The translations under genes were made by a program, and so were the position numbers. This document shows, piece by piece, positions 24,649 to 32,000 of a stretch of DNA of 32,000 bases. The stretch lies in contig NZ_MDUX01000009.1 of the NCBI RefSeq assembly GCF_014736495.1, positions 1 through 32,000 of the forward strand, written 5' to 3'. This DNA is from Candidatus Dactylopiibacterium carminicum (lineage in GTDB: Bacteria; Pseudomonadota; Gammaproteobacteria; Burkholderiales; Rhodocyclaceae). Each line of letters starts with the position of its first letter. The stretch's first letter is position 1. Under the pieces are notes generated by a model. It did not search any database and was not told the DNA's origin. It saw nothing but the letters and a program-made list of their open reading frames with translations.

Positions 24649-25106
24649 GGTGTCCGCTGAGCGGGCAGGCCGTTGCGTTCGATGCGGTCCTCCAGCTCGC
24701 CGATGGCCGCAGCCAGCGAATTGCCGGTTTCCTCGATGCGCTTGTGCAGCTCGGCCCGTGCCTCGGCATCGCGTTGCGCGAGCATCACGAGTTCGGAAGC
24801 CAGGTAGCTGCGCAGTTCGGTGAAGCGTGAGGCTTCGGCCTGGTCGGCCAGCTCGCGGCTCGCACGGGTGTCGCGGATCTGGCGGCGGGTTTCCAGCAAC
24901 ACGCCGGTCTGCAGGTAGAGGATGAACACCAGGAAGGCCGCCGAAACCAGCAGCAGCAAGCCCAGCATGATCAGGCCCAGTGGTGCGTTGATGGTGGCGA
25001 CGGCGAGCGAGAGCGTGGTGGGCGCCATGATGGCGATCCAGTTCAGGACGACGAACAGGCCCGCGAAAAGCAGGACGACGAGCAGGACGGCTGAACGCAG
25101 GGTCAT
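24645..25106 (-). CDS. LapA-domain (DUF1049-like) inner membrane protein with coiled-coil tail
   Basis: Two N-terminal TM helices, then a charged helical C-terminus. Its stop overlaps the zupT start (ATGA). Confidence 0.45.
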   Translation of the reverse strand: MTLRSAVLLVVLLFAGLFVVLNWIAIMAPTTLSLAVATINAPLGLIMLGLLLLVSAAFLVFILYLQTGVLLETRRQIRDTRASRELADQAEASRFTELRSYLASELVMLAQRDAEARAELHKRIEETGNSLAAAIGELEDRIERNGLPAQRTP

Positions 25107-25159
25107 GGCTGAAGTCTCCGCAAAAGTGGAGCTCGCATCATACCCGCGCGCCCGGGCGT

Positions 25160-26362
25160 TCAGGCAGCGCCGGGGCCGTGGTTGGCGTACTCCCAGAGGC
25201 GGTTGCAGTGCGGATCCGCGTCGACCTGGGCCAGTGTGTCGCAGCCGCGGAAAGGGCGCGCGCTGGTGGCCGCTGGTGCCCAGGGCGCCTCACGCCGGAA
25301 ATGCGCATCGATGAAGGATTCGCGGATCAGCAACTGACCGTTGGCCGTGATGCCGGGGCGGTAACCCTCGCGTGCGCCCTCATCCCAGGCCCGGCCGAGG
25401 CTGGCTCCGTCAGGCGTTACGCCGGCGTCGCAGCGGAAACGGCAGTCTTGCGCCAGGAAGCCCCAGGGATGGCTTGCCGGCGTGCTGGGTGCAAAGACGA
25501 TGCCGGTCGGGCGGCGCGCGCTACGCATCAGGAATTCGCACTGCTCGAACACCGCGCTGGCCGCGCCGAAGAGGAAATCCACGTCACCGGCGATGCGGCA
25601 GTCACGTGCCAGCACGCGCACGATGCGTTCGCGCGCATTGAGGAAAAGCGTGTCGTGCAGGCTGTCCAGATCCAGCCCCAGCAACTGGGTACGGTCACCG
25701 TCGACGCGCAGGGCTACGGCCTGGGCCTGGCGTGCTTCGGGTGCGGGCGGGAAATCGTTGCAGAGGCTCAGGTTGGCGATCACCAGATCCGTTGCCTGGC
25801 TCCATACCGTGGCGGTGCCGAAGGTGCCCAGTGCGTCACCTTCCGGCCGATCCGCCTGAGACTGGTACATCGCCCAGGCCGGATCTCCCGGCTGGAAGCG
25901 GCCATCGGCATTGACCCGGGCGCGATACTCGCCGATCGACACTGTCGCCACCAGATCCAGGCACAGGCGAACCTCTCCGCGCTGCTGCCCGAGGCCGATG
26001 ATGCTCAGTGGCGGCGTGCCGGCCGGGATGTAGACCGCGCCCCGGTATTCGCCCGGCAGCACATGGATGGTCTGCCGTTCGCGCCGGCCGCTGGCGATGG
26101 CCGCATTGACGGCCGCCTGCACGCTGGCGTGATGCCCGGCGCCGACCAGATGGTCCGCCACAGTATGTGGCTCAAGTATCTGCGGCAGCCAGGGCTCGGT
26201 GTCAGGGCTGGCGAAACTGCCGGCAAGACGGAAATAGGCTGCGGAGGTGAAGTGTTCTGCTTCGTGGGGAGGAAGCTGGGGGCGGTCGGAGGGCAAGATG
26301 CTGCACCCGTGATTGGTAGCGGTAACACTAGCATTCAGCCACAGCCGACTCAAGCCGGGCAA
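25160..26362 (-). CDS. Pectinesterase-family (CE8, YbhC-like) protein
   Basis: Motifs QAVALRVDGDR, HDTLFLN, DVDFLFGAASAVF and LGRAWDE correspond to the QAVAL / QDTL / DFIFG / LGRPW blocks of the family. The start is uncertain. Confidence 0.7.
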   Translation of the reverse strand: MPGLSRLWLNASVTATNHGCSILPSDRPQLPPHEAEHFTSAAYFRLAGSFASPDTEPWLPQILEPHTVADHLVGAGHHASVQAAVNAAIASGRRERQTIHVLPGEYRGAVYIPAGTPPLSIIGLGQQRGEVRLCLDLVATVSIGEYRARVNADGRFQPGDPAWAMYQSQADRPEGDALGTFGTATVWSQATDLVIANLSLCNDFPPAPEARQAQAVALRVDGDRTQLLGLDLDSLHDTLFLNARERIVRVLARDCRIAGDVDFLFGAASAVFEQCEFLMRSARRPTGIVFAPSTPASHPWGFLAQDCRFRCDAGVTPDGASLGRAWDEGAREGYRPGITANGQLLIRESFIDAHFRREAPWAPAATSARPFRGCDTLAQVDADPHCNRLWEYANHGPGAA

Positions 26363-26379
26363 TGCCTGCGGGCTTCTTT

Positions 26380-27606
26380 CTATTCGGAGCGCTGCCGCAG
26401 CGCGGCGTCACGGCGGAAGCCACGGTCGGCCTGCCAGCTGGCGATACCGGCGACGCTGCCGATGATCACGAATACTGGCACGGCGCCGAATAGTGCCGCT
26501 ATCGCGCCATACGCCGAGGGCGCGGTCAGCCCTATAGCGTTGCCCATCATCGAGCGCAGGCCTTCGCCTTCACCGGCCTTGCTGGGCGGCATGGCGCGGT
26601 AGACCAGGCTGAGGATGTTGGGTTGCCCCACGCCGCCCGCCAGCCCGAAGCAGAAGCCCAGTACGGCATGGATCGCGCCATGGCTGGCGAAGGGCAGCAG
26701 CAGGAATACCGTGGCGGTGAGACCGAAGGCCATGGTCATCATGCGCCACTCGTTGAAGCGGCGGGACAGCCAGGGCATCAGTGCGCGTACGGCGAAGGTG
26801 CCCATGGCGAAGGCGGAGAGGATCATGCCGATGGTGGTGGCGGAGAAGCCGCGTTCATGGCCCAGCACCGGCGTCATGAAGGCAAAGCCGTCGTAGGCCA
26901 TGGAAACCACCATGGCCAGTAGATAGATGCGCAGCAATCCCGGATCGGAAAACACCATGCGCACCACGCTTTCGCCCTTGGCCTTTTCCTCGCGCGGCGG
27001 GCGGTTGCCGCCGGGCAGGGGAACGAAGCGGGCCAGCACCAGGCTGGCGAGCACACACACCGCCAGCACGCCGTAGGCGGCGGAGAAGTCCCAGTGGTCC
27101 AGCACGAAACCGCTCATGGCCGGTGCGCTGACCGACGACACCGAGCCACCCATCGCCAGCCAGCCGAGCATGCCGACCCGCTCACCCTCGTGCTTCACCG
27201 GCATCAGGCTCACCGCGACGTTGGCTGCGAGCATGAAGCTGGCGAAGCCGAAACCGCAGACCACGGCGGACATCAGCACCGTCGGCGCCCAGGGAAGTGC
27301 GGCGGCCAGCACCAGGCCGCCGAGCATGATCAGTTGTGCGGTATGCATCACGCGCCGTGTACCGACGCGGTCTATCCAGCGCCCCATCAGCAGTGAGAGC
27401 AGCGCGGGCAGCAGGCTGTAGCCGCTGTAGGCGATGCCGGCCATGGCCTTCGAGCCGGTGTGTTCGAGCATGAACAGGGAAGCGGTCACCCGCCCCCCGC
27501 CCATGGTGACGTTGGCGAGGATGGAAACGGCGATCAGGGCGATCACCTGGATCTGGTTACGGCTGAGTGACATAGCCGATATTGTAACCAGTTCGCACAA
27601 AGTCAT
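26380..27606 (-). CDS. MFS transporter
   Basis: 408 aa with about 12 hydrophobic segments. The MFS loop motif GRWIDRVGTRR lies between TM2 and TM3. Alternative start at 27573. Confidence 0.8.
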   Translation of the reverse strand: MTLCELVTISAMSLSRNQIQVIALIAVSILANVTMGGGRVTASLFMLEHTGSKAMAGIAYSGYSLLPALLSLLMGRWIDRVGTRRVMHTAQLIMLGGLVLAAALPWAPTVLMSAVVCGFGFASFMLAANVAVSLMPVKHEGERVGMLGWLAMGGSVSSVSAPAMSGFVLDHWDFSAAYGVLAVCVLASLVLARFVPLPGGNRPPREEKAKGESVVRMVFSDPGLLRIYLLAMVVSMAYDGFAFMTPVLGHERGFSATTIGMILSAFAMGTFAVRALMPWLSRRFNEWRMMTMAFGLTATVFLLLPFASHGAIHAVLGFCFGLAGGVGQPNILSLVYRAMPPSKAGEGEGLRSMMGNAIGLTAPSAYGAIAALFGAVPVFVIIGSVAGIASWQADRGFRRDAALRQRSE

Positions 27607-27682
27607 CCGTCAGGGGAAATGCGGCACGAGACGGGGCGGGGCGCCATCCCGGCCGTTGCCGCCGCACGACCCCGGAAGCTGT

Positions 27683-28378
27683 TCAGGCCTCGAAGTCGCG
27701 CAGGTGAGCCACGTCCGGGATATGGATGGTCTTGCCGTCCAGTTGCACCAGGCCTGCGTCGGCCAGGCCGTGCAGGATGCGCGATAAGGTTTCGGGAGTG
27801 ACCGACAGCCGCGAGGCGAGCACCTGTTTGCTGGTGGGCAGGTCGACCGAGAGTGAGCCCTGTGCTTCATCGGCAGCGCCGCCGGCGCTGAGCAGGAAGC
27901 CGATCAGGCGCTGCGTGGAAGAACGCAGCGCATAGCCTTCCACGTCGCGCACCAGCGAGTGCAGGCGCAAGGACATGCCGGCGAGCAGGCGGCGCGCGAA
28001 ATGCGGATCATTGTCCAGCACCGAGAGCACCGCTTCGCGCCGCACGCCAAGCACCAGCGATTCGGTCAGGGCCGAGGCTGTGACCGGGAAGGGGCGGTCG
28101 AGGAACATCATCGCTTCGCCGAAGCTCATGTGTGGCGGAATGATCTCCAGCACCTTCTCGTTGCCGTTCGGGGCGCTCACCGCCAGCTTGATTTGGCCGT
28201 GCGCCACCATGAAAAAGCCGGTGCAGGGCGAATGTTGGCGGAACAATACCTCGCCGCGCGCCAAGCGGTGTTCGGTGGTATCCGCGGCGATGCGGTCCAG
28301 TTCGTGCGGCGCCAGCGCGGAGAACAGCGGCAAGCGACCAAGCAGGCCGCGCACGTCGGCTTTGGGAGGAGTCTGCAT
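27683..28378 (-). CDS. Crp/Fnr-family transcriptional regulator
   Basis: Only the last 231 codons of the 707-aa ORF (from ATG 28378, MQTPPKADV..) are used. cNMP-binding fold LFSALAPHELDRIA..GEVLFRQ..FGEAMMF and C-terminal HTH SKQVLASRLSVTPETLSRILHGL. No FNR-type N-terminal Cys cluster. Confidence 0.85.
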   Translation of the reverse strand: MQTPPKADVRGLLGRLPLFSALAPHELDRIAADTTEHRLARGEVLFRQHSPCTGFFMVAHGQIKLAVSAPNGNEKVLEIIPPHMSFGEAMMFLDRPFPVTASALTESLVLGVRREAVLSVLDNDPHFARRLLAGMSLRLHSLVRDVEGYALRSSTQRLIGFLLSAGGAADEAQGSLSVDLPTSKQVLASRLSVTPETLSRILHGLADAGLVQLDGKTIHIPDVAHLRDFEA

Positions 28379-28507
28379 CGGGGATACCTCGTGGGTGGCG
28401 TGTCCGCATGTTAGCCGGGCGGGCGCTGGCGTGAAACTGCGCCGCCTGCAGGGTTGTCCCAACCCCGTCTGTATAGAATGCGGTTTCCAGCGTTCACTAT
28501 GGCGCTC

Positions 28508-29662
28508 ATGACAACAAGGCCTGACATGCAATCTCTGTTCGACAATCCGCCCGACCGTCTCCAGTCCGACAGCATCAAGTGGCAGCGCTATGCCGGCCGT
28601 GAGGTGTTGCCGATGTGGGTCGCCGACATGGACTTCGCCGCACCCGAGCCGGTGCTTGCCGCGTTGCGCGCGCGCATCGACCACGGTGTGTTCGGCTACG
28701 CCCACCCTTCCGCACAACTGGCGCAGACCGTGGCCGAGGCCATCGCGCGTGACCATGACTGGCAGATCGAGCCGGACTAGATCGTCTGGCTGCCCGGCGT
28801 GGTCCCCGGCTTCAATCTCGCCTGCCGTCTGGCCGGTGAGCCCGGCGCCGGTGTACTCACCTTCCCGCCCATCTACCCGCCCATGCTCACGGCACCGGGC
28901 AATGCTTCGCGGGGGCTGTTGCGCAGCGCGCTCAAGCTCGTCGGCAGCCGCTGGGAATACGATTGGGACGGGCTGGACGCCCTGCACAAGGAGGATGCCC
29001 GCCTGCTGCTTCTGTGCAATCCGCACAACCCTGTCGGCCGTGCCTGGACGCGCGATGAACTCACGCGCATGGCCTGGCAGGCGGAAAAGCACGACTGGCT
29101 GATCTGTTCCGATGACATCCACTGCGGTCTGGTCATCGACCCCGCCGCGCGTTACACACCGATCGCCGCGTTGGATGAAGCCGTGGCCCAGCGCACCATC
29201 ACGCTGATGGCGCCTTCCAAGACCTGGAACATCCCTGCCCTCGGCTGCGCCTTCGCGGTGATTCCCAACGCCCACCTGCGTCGGCAGTATCAGATCCTCG
29301 CGCGTGGCCTGATGGCCGATGTGAACGTGCTCGGCCTCACCGCCTGCGAGGCGGCCTATCGTGACGGTGGCCCCTGGCGTGCAGCGTTGCTCGACTACCT
29401 GCATGGCAACGCCCAGCGCCTGCATGCTGCAGTCAATGCCATTCCGGGTCTGCATATGACGCCGGTGGAAGCCACCTACCTCGCCTGGATCGACTGCCGT
29501 GCACTGGATCTGCCCAGTCCGCAGAAGCATTTCGAGGCCCACGGCCTGGGCCTTTCGGATGGCCGCGATTTCGGCCTGGAGGGCTTCGTGCGCCTGAATT
29601 TCGGCTGCAGCCGCGGCCTGCTGGACGAAGCCATCGTCAGGCTGCAGGCGGCATTGACCTGA
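28508..29662 (+). pseudogene. PatB/MalY-type PLP aminotransferase / C-S lyase with an in-frame TAG
   Basis: ORF 28454..28780 ends ..DHDWQIEPD-TAG. The same frame continues IVWLPGVVPGF into ORF 28799..29662 (NPHNPVGRAW; PLP-lysine block APSKTWNIPAL). The stop sits where this family has the Trp of E-W-I-V-F/W. Confidence 0.85.
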
Positions 29663-29746
29663 TACAGCCGGTGGCCCGTACGCGCACGGTGTGGCAGTAC
29701 CTCGCCGCGCGCGAATGGATGCATGTGTCACCCATGAGGGATACGT

Positions 29747-29795
29747 AAAGATATATCTTTTCTCTTGGCTGTCACCAGTAAAAGATATATCTTTT
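29747..29795. promoter_or_regulatory. Two copies of the palindrome AAAGATATATCTTT upstream of the PadR gene (operator candidates)
   Basis: The copies lie at 29747-29760 and 29781-29794 (the second with an extra flanking A/T). Both are preceded by GTA. The centres are 34 bp apart, 50-100 nt upstream of ATG 29846. Confidence 0.45.
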
Positions 29796-29845
29796 TCGTG
29801 GGCCATCCATTCTGGATGAGCTCAAGACCCCCTTGGGAGATTGAC

Positions 29846-30400
29846 ATGCGAGACATGCACAAGGGCCATGGCGGCCCACACCACGACAGACACCATCACC
29901 ACGGCAAGGCCGGCATCGAGAAGGAATTCCGGGGCGGCATGGGCCGGCGGATGTTCGAGCAAGGCCATCTCCGGCTGCTGATCCTGAGCCTGCTGGAAGA
30001 ACGGGCACGCCATGGTTACGAAATCATCAAGGCCATCGAAGAGCTTGCCGGTGGCGATTACACCCCCAGCCCCGGCGTGATCTACCCGACGCTGACCTTG
30101 CTGGAGGAAACCGGCCTGGCGAGCGTGAGCGAACTTGCCGGCAAGAAGCAATACGCCATCACCCCGGATGGTGCGGCGCTGGTCGCCAGCGAAGCCGAAG
30201 CGCTTGCCCGTGTGCGTGCCCGCCTTGGCGCTGCGGAATCGGTGGCCGAGGCCCGTCGTTCCCCCGAACTGCAGCAGGCCATGCACAAGTTCAAGGCGGC
30301 GCTGCATCAACGCCTGAGCCAGGGCGAGGCGGATACAGAACTCACCCGGAAGATCGCGACCGTGATCGAACGCGCGGCACAGGACATCGGGCAGGCTTGA
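29846..30400 (+). CDS. PadR-family transcriptional regulator with a His-rich N-terminal extension
   Basis: Starts at ATG 29846. The winged-HTH block LLILSLLEERARHGYEIIKAIEELAGGDYTPSPGVIYPTLTLLEETGL is preceded by MRDMHKGHGGPHHDRHHHHGK. Confidence 0.85.
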   Translation: MRDMHKGHGGPHHDRHHHHGKAGIEKEFRGGMGRRMFEQGHLRLLILSLLEERARHGYEIIKAIEELAGGDYTPSPGVIYPTLTLLEETGLASVSELAGKKQYAITPDGAALVASEAEALARVRARLGAAESVAEARRSPELQQAMHKFKAALHQRLSQGEADTELTRKIATVIERAAQDIGQA

Positions 30401-30428
30401 GCCCGGTCGCTTCACGAAAGGACAGAAC

Positions 30429-30716
30429 ATGCAGAAACATCATTACCGCGTCACCCTGGATGCCGTGGATGCCGAAGGTACAGTGCTGGCGGACAGTGCG
30501 CCGCTCCGTTTCGTGGCGCGCTGCCATGACGACATCTTCGCCATCGTCGAGCGTTCGCGTCAGCGCGGCCAACTGAGCGCTGACGATGCCGCAGCCATGG
30601 CCGTCGGCCTCAAGCTTTTCGGCGAGATCGCGCTGGAAAATCGCAAGGATCCTCTGTTCAGCCAGATCTCGCAGGATCTGGGCGCTTTCATCGGCAAGCT
30701 CAAAGGCACCCGTTGA
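30429..30716 (+). CDS. DUF3861-like small protein
   Basis: 95 aa. HHYRVTL.., HDDIFAIVER and AMAVGLKLFGEIALENRKDPLF resemble my recollection of DUF3861. Confidence 0.55.
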   Translation: MQKHHYRVTLDAVDAEGTVLADSAPLRFVARCHDDIFAIVERSRQRGQLSADDAAAMAVGLKLFGEIALENRKDPLFSQISQDLGAFIGKLKGTR

Positions 30717-31014
30717 GGAGGCGTCATGCGTTCCTTGCCTGCGGGTGTATCGACTCCCGTTCCTTCAGTCTCAGGCGGGGCGCATGCAGGCTGCCGCTCC
30801 GTGGCGATGCCGTGCATTAAGGAAAGGTGGAAATTCGTCGCCCTGTGAATGTCATGGGCCCATCCTTGATATTCCATCGTGCTGAATTCGCGCGCCGCCT
30901 GTTTTTGCCCGGATACGTGTTTGGTCAATGGCCTTCGATGTTCAGGGCACGCAGGGCTTGGCATGGAGGATAATTCCGTGTGCCTGAGCTTTCAGGCGAT
31001 ACATCGATGAGGCC

Positions 31015-31356
31015 GTGGGAGTGATGATGGAGGAGCGCGGACAATCTCTGCGCAAGGGATTTCGTACGCTGGCGACGGTGCGTGTGGCCCAGCATGTTTT
31101 TCAGGTGCGTACGCTGGAGATCAATCCGAGCGGCATAGCACTGGCCGTCGCCGCCAACCCGCCCGTTGGAATGCTGCTGGAGCTGGATCTGTCGATTCCC
31201 GTGCGCGGTGGCCCGGCCCGAGTCCACGCCAAGGGGCAGGTGACACACAGTGTGCTTTCAAGTGCAGAGGGCGGCTTTCGTGTCGGCGTGAAGTTCGTGG
31301 CGCTGGATGAAGCCGCCAGGAACGCAATCGACACCTATCTGCATCCTGCCGGCTGA
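31015..31356 (+). CDS. PilZ-domain protein
   Basis: 113 aa. An RxxxR-like N-terminal stretch (RGQSLRKGFR) and an N-x-S-x-x-G block (INPSGIAL). Start is GTG 31015 or ATG 31024. Confidence 0.6.
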   Translation: MGVMMEERGQSLRKGFRTLATVRVAQHVFQVRTLEINPSGIALAVAANPPVGMLLELDLSIPVRGGPARVHAKGQVTHSVLSSAEGGFRVGVKFVALDEAARNAIDTYLHPAG

Positions 31357-31393
31357 CCAGGCCGGCGGAATCCCTGAAAGCAGCCTTTTCTGT

Positions 31394-31912
31394 CTAACGG
31401 GCCCTCCTGGCCTTGCGCGCGGCGGCAATCATGCCCTTGAGCCACTGGTCGTGACCGTTGATCATCGGATTGGGCTCGGCCGAGGCCAGAGCCCGCGCCG
31501 GCTCGCCGCGCTGGGTTTCCTGTGTGAGGATGCGCAGCCTGCCGCCTGGCAGATCTTCCAGCAACCAGGCGTGATGAACATCCAGACGGTCTGCCGGCGT
31601 GCTGCCAGCCCACCCGTGCCATGCCACACGCGCCGGTTTTCCGCTGGCGGGGGCGACATGTTCGACCACTTCTGCCTCCACCGGGAAGCCAAAGGTTTCG
31701 AAGTGGAAACGTACGCCCTCCGCCAGTTCCGGGCCTTTGCCATCATGAAAGCGGACGTTGGCCGAGTTGGCGTAATAGGTCGGCCAGCGCGACGGGGTGT
31801 TCAGGAAAGGCCAGACGCCTGCCACGTCGAGACCTGCGACGATCATTTCGTTGGAGGCGAAGTTGTCGGTGAAGCCGGGGACATAGCCTTCCGGCCAGAT
31901 GATTGTGTTCAT
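31394..31912 (-). CDS. SRPBCC-superfamily (polyketide cyclase/dehydrase-like) protein
   Basis: About 172 aa from the internal Met (MNTIIWPEGY..). Pattern WPFLNTPSRWPTYY..VRFHFETFGFPVEAEV. Start computed from the ORF-track offset. Confidence 0.5.
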   Translation of the reverse strand: MNTIIWPEGYVPGFTDNFASNEMIVAGLDVAGVWPFLNTPSRWPTYYANSANVRFHDGKGPELAEGVRFHFETFGFPVEAEVVEHVAPASGKPARVAWHGWAGSTPADRLDVHHAWLLEDLPGGRLRILTQETQRGEPARALASAEPNPMINGHDQWLKGMIAAARKARRAR

Positions 31913-32000
31913 TGAGTACTCCTTGTGATCCGAGGATGCCGTGGCGCTTCCGGCAGGAAGCACGTTGGCGCGTGATCACAGGATGCATATCGTCCGGATA

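Noticed and set aside
25178-26602. 474-aa plus-strand ORF.
   Set aside because: It is antisense to the pectinesterase-like and MFS genes. No motifs were recognised. This is a shadow ORF.
15856-28780. In-frame TAA (Rep) and TAG (aminotransferase), considered as evidence of stop-codon reassignment.
   Set aside because: TAG terminates the DUF1841 and HepT genes at sensible positions. TAA terminates the pilin and IS110 recombinase genes. The standard code fits everything else.
27683-29806. 707-aa minus-strand ORF, the longest in the window.
   Set aside because: Only its last 231 codons form a recognisable protein (Crp/Fnr). The upstream 476 codons are antisense to the well-supported aminotransferase gene and have Arg/Gly/Ala-rich shadow-ORF composition, which is typical of high-GC DNA.

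Overview
This is a GC-rich proteobacterial chromosomal segment (taxon not determinable by eye). All family calls come from motifs I recognise in the supplied translations; no searches were run.

**Bases 1-6.8 kb: accessory patch**
- A DUF1841 gene preceded by a perfect (CCGACAC)x7 repeat.
- An orphan Phd/YefM antitoxin with a decayed PIN toxin.
- A TacA/TacT module.
- A frameshifted HAD hydrolase.
- A visibly lower-GC islet carrying a sigma54-type promoter, a type IVa pilin and a TfpO/PilO-like Wzy_C glycosylase.
- A REP-associated tyrosine transposase (RAYT) surrounded by GTAG+hairpin REP elements.
- A MntA/HepT toxin-antitoxin pair bracketed by 112-114 bp direct repeats that contain a remnant of the kup 3' end.
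- These are followed by kup and a class I DAHP synthase.

**Bases 10.0-17.3 kb: the most interesting structure**
- An IS110-family (DEDD) recombinase abuts a compact, integrase-less and secretin-less filamentous (inovirus-like) prophage.
- The phage genes are bracketed by diverged 124/133 bp direct repeats of the non-coding region that lies 5' of the recombinase.
- A roughly 20 bp TCTAGA-containing core occurs three times in direct orientation.
- I interpret this as an IS110/bridge-RNA-type recombinase coupled to a filamentous phage, with a duplicated candidate bridge-RNA region. This is inference.
- The prophage Rep gene has an in-frame TAA, and its DUF2726 gene has a frameshift.

**Bases 17.4-32 kb: mostly housekeeping-like genes**
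- A PAS-containing MCP, a binding protein plus an orphan histidine kinase, dinB, zupT, a LapA-like protein, a pectinesterase-like protein, an MFS transporter and a Crp/Fnr regulator.
- A PatB/MalY-type aminotransferase with an in-frame TAG at a conserved Trp.
- A His-rich PadR regulator with twin palindromic sites, then DUF3861, PilZ and SRPBCC proteins.

No rRNA, tRNA or CRISPR array was seen.
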